NCBI GenBank assembly: GCA_964016885.1
Contig: OZ024750.1
Coordinates: 4,650,001 to 4,714,000, forward strand
DNA length: 64,000 nucleotides
DNA from: Eledone cirrhosa
Lineage: Eukaryota
Direction of reading: 5' to 3'
Shown here: positions 44,403 through 57,302 of the stretch, piece after piece
Layout of the letters: each line of letters opens with the position of its first letter
Position numbering within the stretch: the stretch's first letter is position 1
The notes under the pieces: generated by a model
Told to the model about the DNA's origin: nothing
Databases searched by the model: none
The model's input: only the letters and a program-made list of their open reading frames with translations
Made by a program: the position numbers and the translations under genes

Positions 44403-44943
44403 TACAAGAAATGCAATCTTCTGTAATTTCATTAAGAGACTCATTACAATAGAATGAGAGTGAATTGGAGACAAAACAAGATGGAAGTGAACAGTTTTCT
44501 ACTGAAATCAGAGAATAATTCATTCAACTATTTTAATGGCTCCGTATTATATGACAACAACAACAACAGGAACAACTGCAGCAGCAACAACAACAACATG
44601 ATAATTAAGATCAAGAGCTAATAAAGTTAGCCGGCTCACAAATTACATATTAAAAATAACCACACTTATTCACACTGGTGGGAATTACATGTATTTATTA
44701 ATATACTGTGTATTATATATATTTCGTCTTCACAGCCAAGTGGTGAAGGTGTTGGACTGTTGAGCTTAAAGTTGTAGGTTCAAATCCTGAACTGGGAGGA
44801 ATGTATTGTTTTTCATGATAGGATTAGGGTTCCTATTATTAAAAACACCCAAGAAATCTTGTAAGAGGTCAGTTAAACCAACATAGGTGTGAGCTGTAGA
44901 ACTCATTTCCTTTTACCTTTTTTTTTTTTTGCACACTAATTCC

Positions 44944-45801
44944 CACTTTGGCTGCCTCATGTGTCTCAAGATGTGGGATGTATGGATAGATGTAACTGAC
45001 CGTGGTCATTGGAGCACTTTGGCTGCCTCATGTGTCTCAAGATGTGGGATGTATGGATAGATGTAACTGACTGTGGTTGTTGGAGCACTTTGGCTGCCTC
45101 ATGTGTCTCAAGATGTGGGATGTATGGATAGATGTAACTGACTGTGGTTGTTGGAGCACTTTGGCTGCCTCATGTGTCTCAAGATGTGGGATGTATGGAT
45201 AGATGTAACTGACCGTGGTTGTTGGAGCACTTTGGCTGCCTCATGTGTCTCAAGATGTGGGATGTATGGATAGATGTAACTGACTGTGGTTGTTGGAGCA
45301 CTTTGGCTGCCTCATGTGTCTCAAGATGTGGGATGTATGGATAGATGTAACTGACTGTGGTCATTGGAGCACTCTGGCTGCCTCATGTGTCTCAAGATGT
45401 GGGATGTATGGATAGATGTAACTGACTGTGGTCATTGGAGCACTCTGGCTGCCTCATGTGTCTCAATATGTGGGATATATTGATAGATGTAACTGACTGT
45501 GGTCATTGGAGCACTTTGGCTGCCTCATGTGTCTCAAGATGTGGGATGTATGGATAGATGTAACTGACTGTGGTCATTGGAGCACTCTGGCTGCCTCATG
45601 TGTCTCAATATGTGGGATATATTGATAGATGTAACTGACTGGTCATTGGAGCACTTTGGCTGCCTCATGTGTCTCAAGATGTGGGATATATTGATAGATG
45701 TAACTGACTGTGGTCATTGGAGCACTTTGGCTGCCTCATGTGTCTCAAGATGTGGGATATATAGATAGATACAATTGACCGTGGTTGTTGGAACACTTTG
45801 G
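44944..45801. repeat. 71-bp minisatellite, about 12 copies
   Basis: Unit cactttggctgcctcatgtgtctcaagatgtgggatgtatggatagatgtaactgaccgtggtcattggag; period 71. Confidence 0.95.
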
Positions 45802-45876
45802 AAATAACTTAATAAAGGTTCTTAAATAAAATTATGAGGGAAGGTTTTTAGATAAATATAAACACTTTAAATCAAT

Positions 45877-46221
45877 ATGATAATCTCTGGAGTTCAGCTC
45901 CTCTTGCTATGATAATCTCTGGAGTTCAGCTCCTCTTGCTATGATAATCTCTGGAGTTCAGCTCCTCTTGCTATGATAATCTCTGGAGTTCAGCTCCTCT
46001 TGCTATGATAATCTCTGGAGTTCAGCTCCTCTTGCCATGATAATCACTGGAGTTCAGCTCCTCTTGCTATGATAATCTCTGGAGTTCAGCTCCTCTTGCT
46101 ATGATAATCACTGGAGTTCAGCTCCTCTTGCTATGATAATCTCTGGAGTTCAGCTCCTCTTGCTATGATAATCTCTGGAGTTCAGTTCCTCTAAATATGA
46201 TAATCTCTGGAGTTCAGCTCC
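45877..46221. repeat. 32-bp minisatellite, about 11 copies
   Basis: Unit atgataatctctggagttcagctcctcttgct. Confidence 0.95.
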
Positions 46222-46549
46222 ACTCAATACAATCTCGTTAGTAACTAAATACTATTAGGTTATAGTAAGCAAAAGAGATAAACAGAGAGAATAAGGTAGA
46301 TACAATAATACAGCAATAGTATTACAAATCCTTTGTTAGTGATACATCTAGATTTACTTACAAAGTCGTGTGTTTCTAAATTGGTAGAAATTGGACTATA
46401 GTTACTAACCACTTCGGAGAGTGAGGGTGGAGGTGGCGTGGAGGAGATAATATTAGTACCAACAAGAAAACTGTGACTCATACATACTATATCTTATCTA
46501 AACATGTGACTTTACTGAGATTTTCACGCAAGAGGGTAAGCAGTAGGTA

Positions 46550-46649
46550 CATGCATGTGTTTATATATATATACATATGTATATGTTTATATATATATAC
46601 ATATGTATATGTATATACATATGTATATGTATATACATATATATATATG

Positions 46650-46706
<57 letters not shown>

Positions 46707-47021
46707 GCATATGTATATATATATATATATATGTATATATATGTATATATATATATGCATATGTATATATATATATGCATATGTATATATATATATATAT
46801 ATGCATATGTATATATATATATATATATGTATATACATATATATATATGTATATACATATATATATATATATGTATATACATATATATATATATATATGT
46901 ATATACATATATATATATATACATATATATATATGTATATACATATATATATATATGTATATACATATATATACATATATATACATATATATATGTATAT
47001 ACATATATATATATATATATG

Positions 47022-47055
<34 letters not shown>

Positions 47056-47202
47056 CATATATATATATATATGTATACATATGTGTGTGTGTGTGTATAT
47101 ATGTGTGTGGGGTGCATGTGTATATATATATATATGTGGTGTGTGTATATACACGCAGACAAGTGTGTGTTTATATATGATGATACACACACACACACAC
47201 AC
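46550..47202. repeat. (TA)n/(TATG) microsatellite
   Basis: Directly visible. Confidence 0.95.
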
Positions 47203-48954
47203 AGAAAGAAAAGCCGAAAAATGAATGTCTAAAACTAAAAACAATCAAAAAAACAATATGATATGGTGAGGTACAGGGTAGGTTGTGGGTCTTTGAAGTG
47301 ATATCGCTTTTATTTCATTCCATTTTAGGTTTCTTCTATAGTATCAATAAATCCATAGAAGATACGATTCAACGAATGGTTAAAAAAATAACGAAACGAA
47401 ACAAAACGAAACGAAATACACACATACATCAGAGACATATCTAATAGTAGTTTTGTAAAGTTTGTCTTTCATGTTGTGTTGCGGTGCAAACAGACAACAT
47501 TTCTAATGAAGATAAACTATGTTTTAATAACTATTGATTTAAATTCTCTTGCTTAAACCATAGAAATAATCGTTGGAATGGAGCCAGCCATCCTGGGCAC
47601 AGTATAGGGAGAGGTGGTGGTGGTGGTGGTGGTGGTGGTGGGTAGAGAGCGGGGGGGGGGGCATGCATCATCATCATCATCATTGTATATGTAATAGAGC
47701 AAATTTACGAGAGAGAAAGAGGATGAGAGAAGAGAGTGTGAGGGAGATTGAGAGAGTCGGAGAGAGAAGGAGAGGGTGTGAGGGAGATTGAGAGGGAGAG
47801 AGAGAGACATGTAGCATCATCCATCATCATCGTATATATAATAGAAGAGATTTAAGAGAAAGAAAGAGAGATTGGTTATAGAAAAGGGAAGAAATAGTGT
47901 TGGAGAGAGAGAGAGGGGGGAAGAGAAAGAGGAGGAGAGGGGGAAGAGAGAGAGAAGGAGGAGAGAGGGAAGAGAGAGAAGTAGTGAGATGAAAGAATGA
48001 AAGAAAGAAAGAAAGAAAAAGAAGAGAGAAGGTCAGAAAGTTGAGGGGGGGGGGGGGTCGGTTGTTTGGACCTCAGTACTTAACTGGTACTTTATCTAAT
48101 TAACCCTTGTATAAAAAAAAAAGCAAAGTTGTCGACGGCGGGATTTGAACTCAAAACGTTAGAGAGTTGCAGCTAAATACCGCAAGGTATTTTGTCTGAT
48201 GCTCTACCGATCCTGTCAATCCACCACCCCAGGAGAAGGGGGTGGGGTGGGGGTGCAGAAAAATAGAAAAAAGAAAGAGGGAGGGAAAAAGGGAGAATTA
48301 AAAAGAAACCCTGAAAAGTGCAAATAACTGTGAAGGGGTCATGGGGGAGGGGGAGATATGTGAAAGGGACGAATGTATAGAGAATAATTAGAGCGAGAGA
48401 GGGGTGGAAATAGAGGGAGATATGGAGAGGAGAGAGAGGGGAGAGAGAAGAAAGAGGGAAAGAGAGAGAGAAGGGATGGAGGGGAGAGAGAAAGGGAGAG
48501 AGAGAGGGTGAGAGAGAGGGTGAGAAAGAAAGGAAGAGAGGAAGAGAAGGGAGAAGGACGAGAGAGAGAAAGAGGGAAGGAAGAGAGAGAGGTAAGGAGA
48601 GAGAAGGAAGGGAAGGGGAAGAGAAGGGAGAGGGAAGAGAGAGAGAGGTAAGGAGAGAGAAAGAAGGGAAGGGGAAGAGACGGGAGAGGGAAGGAGGGGA
48701 GAGAGAGGAGGGGAGAGAGAAGGCAGAAGGAAGAGAAAAGGAGAGAAGGCAGAAGGAAGAGAGAGAGAGAAAGGGAGAGGGAGGAGAGAGAGAGGTAAGG
48801 AGAGAGAAGGAAGAGAAGAGAGAGGTAGATATAAGATGAGGATCAAGCGAAGTTGATTAAACGACAAGTAATTTATGTCTTAATGAAGAGTTGAGATGAC
48901 AAAGAAGAAATATTGAAACAATTGTTTGAACGACTCAATAAAGAGATTAACTGA

Positions 48955-49026
48955 AGCAGTCATGGTTAACCACTGAAAGTTTCCTTGGTAATCAGAAGGT
49001 CGCAGGTTCGATCCCACTGTGGAACA
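48955..49026 (+). pseudogene. tRNA-like relic or SINE head
   Basis: B box GGTTCGATCCC preceded by aaggtc variable loop and TTGGTAA anticodon-like loop; D arm and stems broken. Confidence 0.35.
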
Positions 49027-49074
49027 TATTGGACAAGTATCGTTTTTTTACCATAGCCTTGTATCGACTGTAAA

Positions 49075-49425
49075 GGTAGGTGGCCTAGTGGTAAAGATGT
49101 TGGACTTATGATCATAATGTCGTGGGTTCGATTCCTGGGCTGGGTTCTGTGTTGTGTTCTTGAACAAAACACTACTTTTCACGTTGTTCCAGTATACTCA
49201 GTTGAAAATGAGTACCAGCAATAGCTGGGAGTTAAACTGGTGTTCTGTCTTTTACTCTCAGTCGCTTAAAAACCCGGGCTCGAAACAGACTTTAAAGTTT
49301 AGACTTAGCCAAAATCCTCTTCCGGTTCTAAGAGTTAAACCCTGCAATGGACTGGAGTCTTGTCCAGGGGTGAGTCGGAAACCGGGATAAGCACAAGCCT
49401 GGTGAATCTCCAGGCTCGAGAAATA
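49075..49425 (+). mobile_element. tRNA-derived SINE family 1 (rearranged 3' half)
   Basis: A box TGGCCTAGTGG, B box GGTTCGATTCC; body as 10143. Confidence 0.85.
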
Positions 49426-50789
49426 CTTTGGGCTATTTTTTTAAATCGACTTGTGAGTGAAATTAGGTAGGCAGAAACTGTATTGAAGCCCGTTGAATAG
49501 GCTATACCTGTAATTCCAGGGTCCAGCCTTGTCACAGATTGTGATACGTTGATTGTTAAACAACGAAACGGTCATCGGCGAAACAGAGCCAAGATCCTAT
49601 TACTCTTCTCTATATTGAAGTGACAGTAACATCTGATGAAAATAACTTGTATTTAATGTGTGATAATACAACCTCTCGATTGCGAATCGAATTCTCTAAC
49701 CACTCAGCCACGCGCCTTCAAACCGCCTAAACAAAATTAAGAAATTAAAAAACAGGGGGAAAGGGGTAAAATAAGTTTTATATTTGCAGGAGGTAGCTAC
49801 ATATTTTGGTTATTGATTATATTCTATAATTACAATCGTTTAATCAAAACATGTTGTATATCATATCGGTAGATTTTACTTTTATTTCAATATAAAGAAG
49901 GATTATAGGAGTTTGCCTGAGAGAGAATGAGTTCTTGTGCTGTGAGATTTGAGGGGGGGGGGGGGGAATTCTGACGTTTCCAGTAGAATACTTCGCCGGA
50001 GAATAAACAATATATTCTAACAAAATATAAGAAGAAAAAATGAGAGGAAAAATGGAAAAAAATGAAAGAAAAAAAAACAAAGAGAAAATGAGAGAAGACA
50101 TGTACACTCAATGACACACCACAAGGGGACGCTGGAGTTTCCCTCTAATAGTTTTTGAAGCAAGTCAAACACATTGGCAGTATTGCCGCAGGTGATAGCG
50201 AGGCTAAGATACTGGAATAATAGTTAAGTACCCGCATAGGGAACACCTGATGCGTCGGTAAGGTGAGCTGCCAAAAATGACAAGAGGTTCATTGTCAGCG
50301 GCCGAGCTCCTTAAAACGTCTCCAATGGCACAAGCTGAAAAAAACAGTTTGCCGATAATTCCTGGTATTTTAGAAATTTATTCCATTCGGTTACGGAAAC
50401 AGTGACCCTCACATTTACTGCAGTACCCAGGATGTTGGAAGGAGCAAAAGGGTCATTCTAGTGACCAACTATCTCTTACCCAGGAGAAAAGGGTAAAAAA
50501 AAACCCACCTGGTCTCTCTATCAACTCTGGACAATCCGGCTGACTCTAGAACTTCGTTGAGTGACAGTAAATAAAGACATATTGATTGATTTTTGCCGAT
50601 ATAGATAGAAATTCTGGAAAGGAACTCGTTGCTCAAGAAACCCGGTCCAATATTATTGTGAGCTCAAAACCCTAAACACTAGACCACACACCTTCGTCCT
50701 TTAAAATACATCGATATGATCTAAACAACAAACTACAATAGTAAGATATTTCTGTTTGACTTTACAAAAGGTTAAACTGGAATTATGGT

Positions 50790-51381
50790 AAGTTTATTGT
50801 GATCAATTCTAAGACATTGTGAAGTCAGTTTGTGACCTCAACAGTTATCCCGTATTGAATGTGTGACCTCAACATTCACCTCCTGTTAAATGTGTTACCC
50901 TGACAAGATCTCACATGTTAATTCTATATTTGTTGTCACAAGTTTGTGATCAATTCTAAGACATTGTGAAATCTGTTTATGACTTCAACAGCCATCCCGT
51001 GTTGTATGTGTGACCTGAACAGCCATCCCGTGTTGTATGTGTGACCTGAACAGCCATCCCGTGTTGTATGTGTGACCTGAACAGCCATCCCGTGTTGTAT
51101 GTGTGACCTCAAAAGTCACCCCCTTGAATAAATTACAACTGACAAGATCTCACATGTTAATTCTATATTTGTTGTCATAAGTTTGTGATAATTTTTTTGA
51201 CATTGTGAAATCTGTTTATAACCTCAAAAGCCATCCCGTGTTGTATGTGTGACCTCAAAAGCCATCCCGTGTTGTATGTGTGACCTCAACAGCCATCCCG
51301 TGTTGTATGTGTGACCTCAACAGTCACCCCCTGTTGAATAAGTTACAACTGACAAGATCTCACATGTTAATTCTATATTTG
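50790..51381. repeat. Nested VNTR: 3 large units each with a variable number of 31-bp subunits
   Basis: Large unit starts gtttgtgat..att (50790, 50941, 51180); subunit acagccatcccgtgttgtatgtgtgacctga at about 1, 4 and 3 copies. Confidence 0.85.
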
Positions 51382-51477
51382 GGAGAAAGATTTCAACATT
51401 TTTTCTTGTTGCTTTTAAATATCGTTTCCTTATCTTATTTTTTATTTCATAACAAGAAGCAGCATTAGGTGTATGTA

Positions 51478-51532
<55 letters not shown>

Positions 51533-51563
51533 ATGTGTGTGTGTGTGTATGTATGTATATGTG

Positions 51564-51602
<39 letters not shown>

Positions 51603-51859
51603 TGTGTGTGTGTCTGTGTGTGTATGTATATACAACTCGCAGAACTAGAAGTGTAGAATTATGACAAGAAACGTAGACTATACTGTTACACAAGTTTGTG
51701 GGGCAGAGCAGGGCGGGGTGGGGCAGGGCAGGGTGGGGCAGAGCAGGGCGGGGCGGAGCAGAACCTACCTGGCAATAAACCTCCACCCGTCATTATATTT
51801 TTTTACTCCCTCACCTTTCCATCTCTCTATCTACTTCTTCCTGTAATTTATCCCCCTCC

Positions 51860-52340
51860 CCCTCTCTCTCTATCTCACTAGCTACGGATATCCCTTCTCT
51901 CTCTATCTATATCTCCTTCTCTCCCCCCTCTCTCTCTCTATCTACCTATATCTCCTCTCTCTCTCTCTCTATCTATCTACCTATATCTCCTCTCTCTCTC
52001 TCTCTATCTATCTACCTATATCTCCTCTCTCTATATCTCTCTATCTACCTATATCTCCTCTCTCTCTATATCTCCTCTCTCTCTATCTACCTATATCTCC
52101 CCTCTCTCTATCTACCTATATCTCCCCTCTCTCTCTCTCCCTATACCTCCTCTCTCTATCTCCCTATATCTCCTCTCTATATCTACCTATATCTCCCCTC
52201 TCTCTATCTCCCTATATCCCCTCTTTCTCTCTCCCTATATATCCCCTCTCTCTCTCTCTCCCTATATCTCCTCTATCTCCCTATATCTCCTCTCTGTCTC
52301 TCTCTCTATCTCCCTATATCTCCCTCCCCCTCTCTCTCTG
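51860..52340. repeat. (CT)n/ctacctatat polypyrimidine tract
   Basis: Directly visible. Confidence 0.9.
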
Positions 52341-52504
52341 CTCACATTCCTTACGTTATACTTAAGCTGCCAGCCAGCTTATCTCTTTCTTCGACGGGCG
52401 ACTTAATCGTCACTTATCTGTTTAGCTTACGTAAAGTCTGCTCTACCTGGGTATCTCCTAAACATCTACTCTGCCGCCACCTCTTCCGTTTAAGGGAAAC
52501 CCAT

Positions 52505-52543
<39 letters not shown>

Positions 52544-52795
52544 TACTTGGCAGTTCAGTTCCATCTCTCTCTCCCTCTACTTGGCAGTTCAGTTCCATCT
52601 CTCTCTCTCTATCAACAGTTCAGTTCCACTAAATACCTCCACATAAGGTTATAATTCCACATCTGCTCCGCCCACTCTTCCATATTACCGTTTTCTTCAG
52701 TTTACCAAAGTATTTGAGACAATAAAACTAATGTTGGAAAAATCCGATACTGAGACTCGTTGTTCTCAGTTCAAATCCTTCCACAGTGCATACAA

Positions 52796-52979
52796 TGTAT
52801 AAGTCGCACTCCGTCTATAAGTCGCACCTCGTATATAAGTCGAACCTCATGTATAAGTCGAACCTCGTGTATAAGTCGAACAATATATCGTATATTTTTG
52901 ATCTGCAGATAAGTTACATGTTGGTTTTTCACGTATTTTCGTGGTAAGAAGTACGACTTATACACGAGTAAAGCCAGTA
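52796..52979. mobile_element. Tc1/mariner-type non-autonomous element with reiterated TATAAGTCG motifs
   Basis: Five tataagtcg motifs at about 18-bp spacing; ctcgtgtataagtcg (52864) inverted to cgacttatacacgag (52954). Confidence 0.6.
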
Positions 52980-53230
52980 AAATAATAAAAGAACGCGGTG
53001 CCCCAGCATGGCCGCAGTCTAGTAACTGAAACCAACCAGTCTACCAGAATAAAAGAATGCGGTGCCCCTGCATGGCCACAGTCTAGTAACTGAAACCAAC
53101 CAGTACAAGAATAAAAAGAATGCGATGCCCCAGCATGGCCACAGTCTAGTAACTGAAACCAGTATAAGAATAAAAGAATGTGGTGCCCCAGCATGGCCAC
53201 AGTCTAGTGACTGAAGCCAGTACAAGACTA
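52980..53230 (+). repeat. Four tandem copies of a SINE-like 3' tail
   Basis: gcggtgccccagcatggcc.cagtctagtaactgaaacca...aataaaagaat; single copies at about 33955-34015 (+) and 37805-37845 (-). Confidence 0.75.
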
Positions 53231-53788
53231 AAACAGCTTTTAGTTGAAACACTGTCCAATCAGATGAAGCATATAATGGTAGTTTTTATTATTGTTCCGG
53301 ATGTTAGGAGTTTTTTTAAATATCTTATTTTATTTTCATCTTCTATCCTTTAAATTGGTCTTCCGTTTATAGAAAACATCCGGCGGCGTCCTTTAAGATT
53401 GTAACTACTTCCAGTAAACAACAGATTCGTTTTTCCCCCCAAACGTACCCGGAAGCTATTATATATTAAAGCCATGATATTCGAATTACATTTTTGAAAG
53501 AGGCACCACTGGATAAAACATGAGCTGGAAGATTAAAAAACTTATTTCCTTTATTTGATTACCTCGAGCTTTTGGTAGTTATTTTATCGACCCTTCCTTC
53601 TATCTTCACACCCACCCTACCCCACCACACTACACTACACTACACCAACCCCCGGAGAGAGAGAATAGGTGAGTGAGTGAAAAGTAAATTGATTTAACAT
53701 GGCATCTTTAAACAGTATCCACGACTTTGCGGTCTGAAACACGATTTTCAGAGTATATAATAAACAATTTGATTCGTTCTGGTTTTAG

Positions 53789-54081
53789 AACATGCACCAA
53801 GAAATGTCGATGCCACTACAGCTTCCAGTTCGTGACCATCCCAACTTTCAACATGCACCAAGAAATTTCGACACAACTAAAGCTTCCATTTGGTGACCAT
53901 CCCAACTTTCAACATGCACCAAGAAATTTCGACACAACTAGAGCTTCCATTTGGTGGCCATCCCAACTTTTAACAAACACCAAGAAATTTCGACACAACT
54001 AGAGCTTCCATTTGGTGGCCATCCCAACTTTTAACAAACACCAAGAAATTTCGACACAACTAGAGCTTCCATTTGGTGACT
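53789..54081. repeat. 61-62-bp minisatellite, about 4.7 copies
   Basis: aacatgcaccaagaaatttcgacacaactagagcttccatttggtgaccatcccaactttc. Confidence 0.9.
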
Positions 54082-55283
54082 AGCTCGTCCTTTAAGCTGT
54101 AATCTTAAAAACTAAACCCTACTCGAACTCCAGCCCCTATCATAAATTGTACTCGAATTTATTGAATATTTTCGGGGGTAAAATATAAACGAAATGTATC
54201 GACACGTCTATTCTTTGTTTTGAAAGTGTTCTTCCGACTGTAAACTCCTGGATTCTCCAATTATTCTATCTCAAGATTTAATTGACTAACTTTTACATAG
54301 TCTGGAACCATAGAATTTTCCAGAAATGAAACTCAAGTATGAAATTTGTAGAAAATTGTTTTTTTTTTCTACAAATTTCATACTTAACGACCCAATATAT
54401 ATATACAGAGAGAGGCGGGGGCGATGGAGAGTGTGGGGGAAGGGGAGAAGACTACTAAAAAAAAACCTCTTGAAGACGACGACAGTTGAAGAAGAAGACA
54501 ATGGTGTCACGTGTCAGAGAGAGTTTTAAGTAACAATGTGTCAAACTTCAGAAATTATAAAAGCAAGACTATTTTCGTTGGAATTTATTTTTGAGTTATG
54601 TTGGAATAAGGTAATGACCGAGTGTGGTGGATCAGGTGTCAACTATATATCTCAAGTGTTGGAAGGTTCTAGATTATTAAACATTGAAAAAAAAGAGAGA
54701 TTTCCTTTGTCTTAAACCAAAGCAAGTTATGAGTGACTCCCAATCGAAAGTGGAGCGGACACAGGGCAGGAAATTTGGGTACTGACCGGTGGGGTGAAGT
54801 AGACTACAGAAAGTTGGCAGCTGAAAAAAATGTCAGATAAACTGAAGAATATATTTTAATGGATTTTATTTAACCGTTTTTTTTTGTTTTTTTTTTCAAG
54901 CATTTTCTCTCTGAACAAATCAATGAATAATGGACTGCCTCGATAGGTGGCTGGTGTCCTGGGATGGGGGAGGGTATGTGATAGGTGACGGGTGCCCTGG
55001 GAGGGAGGGTATGTGATAGGTGATAGATGTCCTGGGTGGGTGAGAGTACATGATAGATGATGGGTGCCCTGGAAGACTGAGGGTATATGATATGTGACGG
55101 ATGCCCTGGGGAGGGCAGGACATTATAGGTGACAGATGTCCGAGGGAGGCTACAAGACATCTGCCAGCTGAGTGGACTGGAGGAACGTGAAACAAAATCT
55201 CTTAGTCAAAAGCCAATGTACCTCCAAAAATCAAACTCATGATCTTATGATCGCATGCCATATATATATATATATATTTATAT

Positions 55284-55466
55284 AACAAAGATGGTGGACT
55301 ATAACGCACCAGAGTACTCAATACTTAGGGTAGTAGACTGGGTAATAGGAAAAGAGTCAGGGGTCCGACGGCTGAGCTCCAGCCGTTTCGACAGCTAGAT
55401 CCGAACATTTCGGATCTAGCTGTCGAAACGGCCGGAGCTCAGCCGTCGGAGTCCTGACTCTTTTCC
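55284..55466 (-). mobile_element. Fold-back insert family A copy 4
   Basis: 58-bp arms 55348-55405 and 55409-55466, loop CAT, about 64-nt tail; (TA)n on the left, (CA)n(TA)n on the right. Confidence 0.85.
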
Positions 55467-55535
<69 letters not shown>

Positions 55536-55726
55536 ATATATATATATATATTGCTATACTGCAGCATGTTAGTGGAATTATGAAAACAGAAAGAGAAATC
55601 GAATGACCAAGCAGGGAACAAAATAAAAAGGAAATTAATGATTGTTATGTCAAACCTGCTGCAATATGCTGTGGATTGAGAAATAATGATTTGCTGCATT
55701 GGCATCAGGCCACATATTTACAGGGG

Positions 55727-55947
55727 GCCTATAGCAGTAGTTGTAGGGCGGTGAGGCCTATAGCAGTAGTTGTAGGGCGGTGAGGCCTATAGCAGTAGTT
55801 GTAGGGCGGTGAGGCCTATAGCAGTAGTTGTAGGGCGGTGAGGCCTATAGCAGTAGTTGTAGGGCGGTGAGGCCTATAGCAGTAGTTGTAGGGCGGTGAG
55901 GCCTATAGCAGTAGTTGTAGGGCGGTGAGGCCTATAGCAGTAGTTGT
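55727..55947. repeat. 29-bp minisatellite, about 7.6 near-perfect copies
   Basis: gcctatagcagtagttgtagggcggtgag. Confidence 0.95.
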
Positions 55948-55956
55948 GGAGCAGTG

Positions 55957-56480
55957 AAACTGTTTCCAATAGTCTTTCCATTGCAGATATTGTCAGTCGG
56001 TCACTACACCTGGTAGAAGAAAGGAGCAGACCATCAGATCAGACCCAGGAAACTATGTTTCCAATGGTCTTTCCACTACAGACATTGTCTATCGGTCACT
56101 ACACCTGGTAGAAGAAAGGAGCAGACCATCAGATCAGACCCAGGAAACTATGTTTCCAATGGTCTTTCCACTACAGACATTGTCTATCGGTCACTACACC
56201 TGGTAGAAGAAAGGAGCAGACCATCAGATCAGACCCAGGAAACTATGTTTCCAATGGTCTTTCCACTACAGATATTGTCTATCGGTCACTACACCTGGTA
56301 GAAGAAAGGAGCAGACCATCAGATCAGACCCAGGAAACTATGTTTCCAATGGTCTTTCCACTACAGATATTGTCTATCGGTCACTACACCTGGTAGAAGA
56401 AAGGAAAAGAGCTGATCATCAAATCGAACCAAGAAAACTGTTTCCATTGCTAATATTATCTGTCGGTTACAACTCCTGGC
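55957..56480. repeat. 95-bp minisatellite, about 5.5 copies
   Basis: ggtcactacacc recurs at 55999, 56094, 56189, 56284, 56379. Confidence 0.95.
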
Positions 56481-57080
56481 TGTAAATCAGCCAAAAGAAA
56501 AAGACTAGGTCACAGACTTTGATCGAAAATTGATTTTATATCTTACAACATTTGTTAAATTTTCCAATCGTCCAAGTACATAAAAAGTCAACTTGGACAT
56601 TTTTAGAGCCAAATTTTAGGTTTTACAACAATTTAGTTTATAACAAACATATTTTTCATATGAAAAAATAAAAGAAACATTTCCAAAAATATCTTAAGTG
56701 CTTAAAACGTTTCATTAAACCTTTCTAGATTTTAAAAAGCATCATTGCCTTAGAGGTCAAGGTAGCTATGGTCTTTTTTTGTGGGCTTTCTTCCACGAGT
56801 GACCCTCGGAAGTGTCCACTATTAGGGAATTCTTTTTCTTTTTTACGTGTTTGTTGTTACTGTTGTCACACTTTTCACGACCCCACTCCCCATGTACACA
56901 TATATACATTATATCGTTCTGTGTCGTTGTTAATGTTTCCTTCGTGTCAGCCCTGTGTGGCTTATAAAGAAAATATACCAGTGATGCACTGGGGTCGATA
57001 TAATAAACCCCCACAACCCACCAAAAGTTGCCAACCTTGTGCCAATGTCAGAAAGAAATATTTTTATTATTGGAAATATA

Positions 57081-57302
57081 AAGAGCGGTAGATTGACAGT
57101 AAAATCGGTAGATCGTCGGATAATATGCTTTGCGGCATAGAGTTACGTCCCTTTACGTTTTGATATCAACTCCCACCGAGGTTATAGCTGTGCCTTTCAT
57201 CCTACATCGATAAAATAAATTACCAGTAACGTACTGGTGTCGATTTAATCGACTTTCCCCCTCTCCCCCAAATCTGTTGGTATTGTGTCTAAGTCAGAAA
57301 CC
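57081..57302 (+). mobile_element. SINE family 2, full length with 15-bp TSD
   Basis: attattggaaatata at 57066-57080 and 57303-57317. Confidence 0.85.

Noticed and set aside
44944-46221. 71-bp and 32-bp arrays as CRISPR or coding repeats
   Set aside because: No unique spacers; unit lengths are not multiples of 3
48955-49026. Functional tRNA-Thr
   Set aside because: Cloverleaf cannot be completed; kept only as a relic
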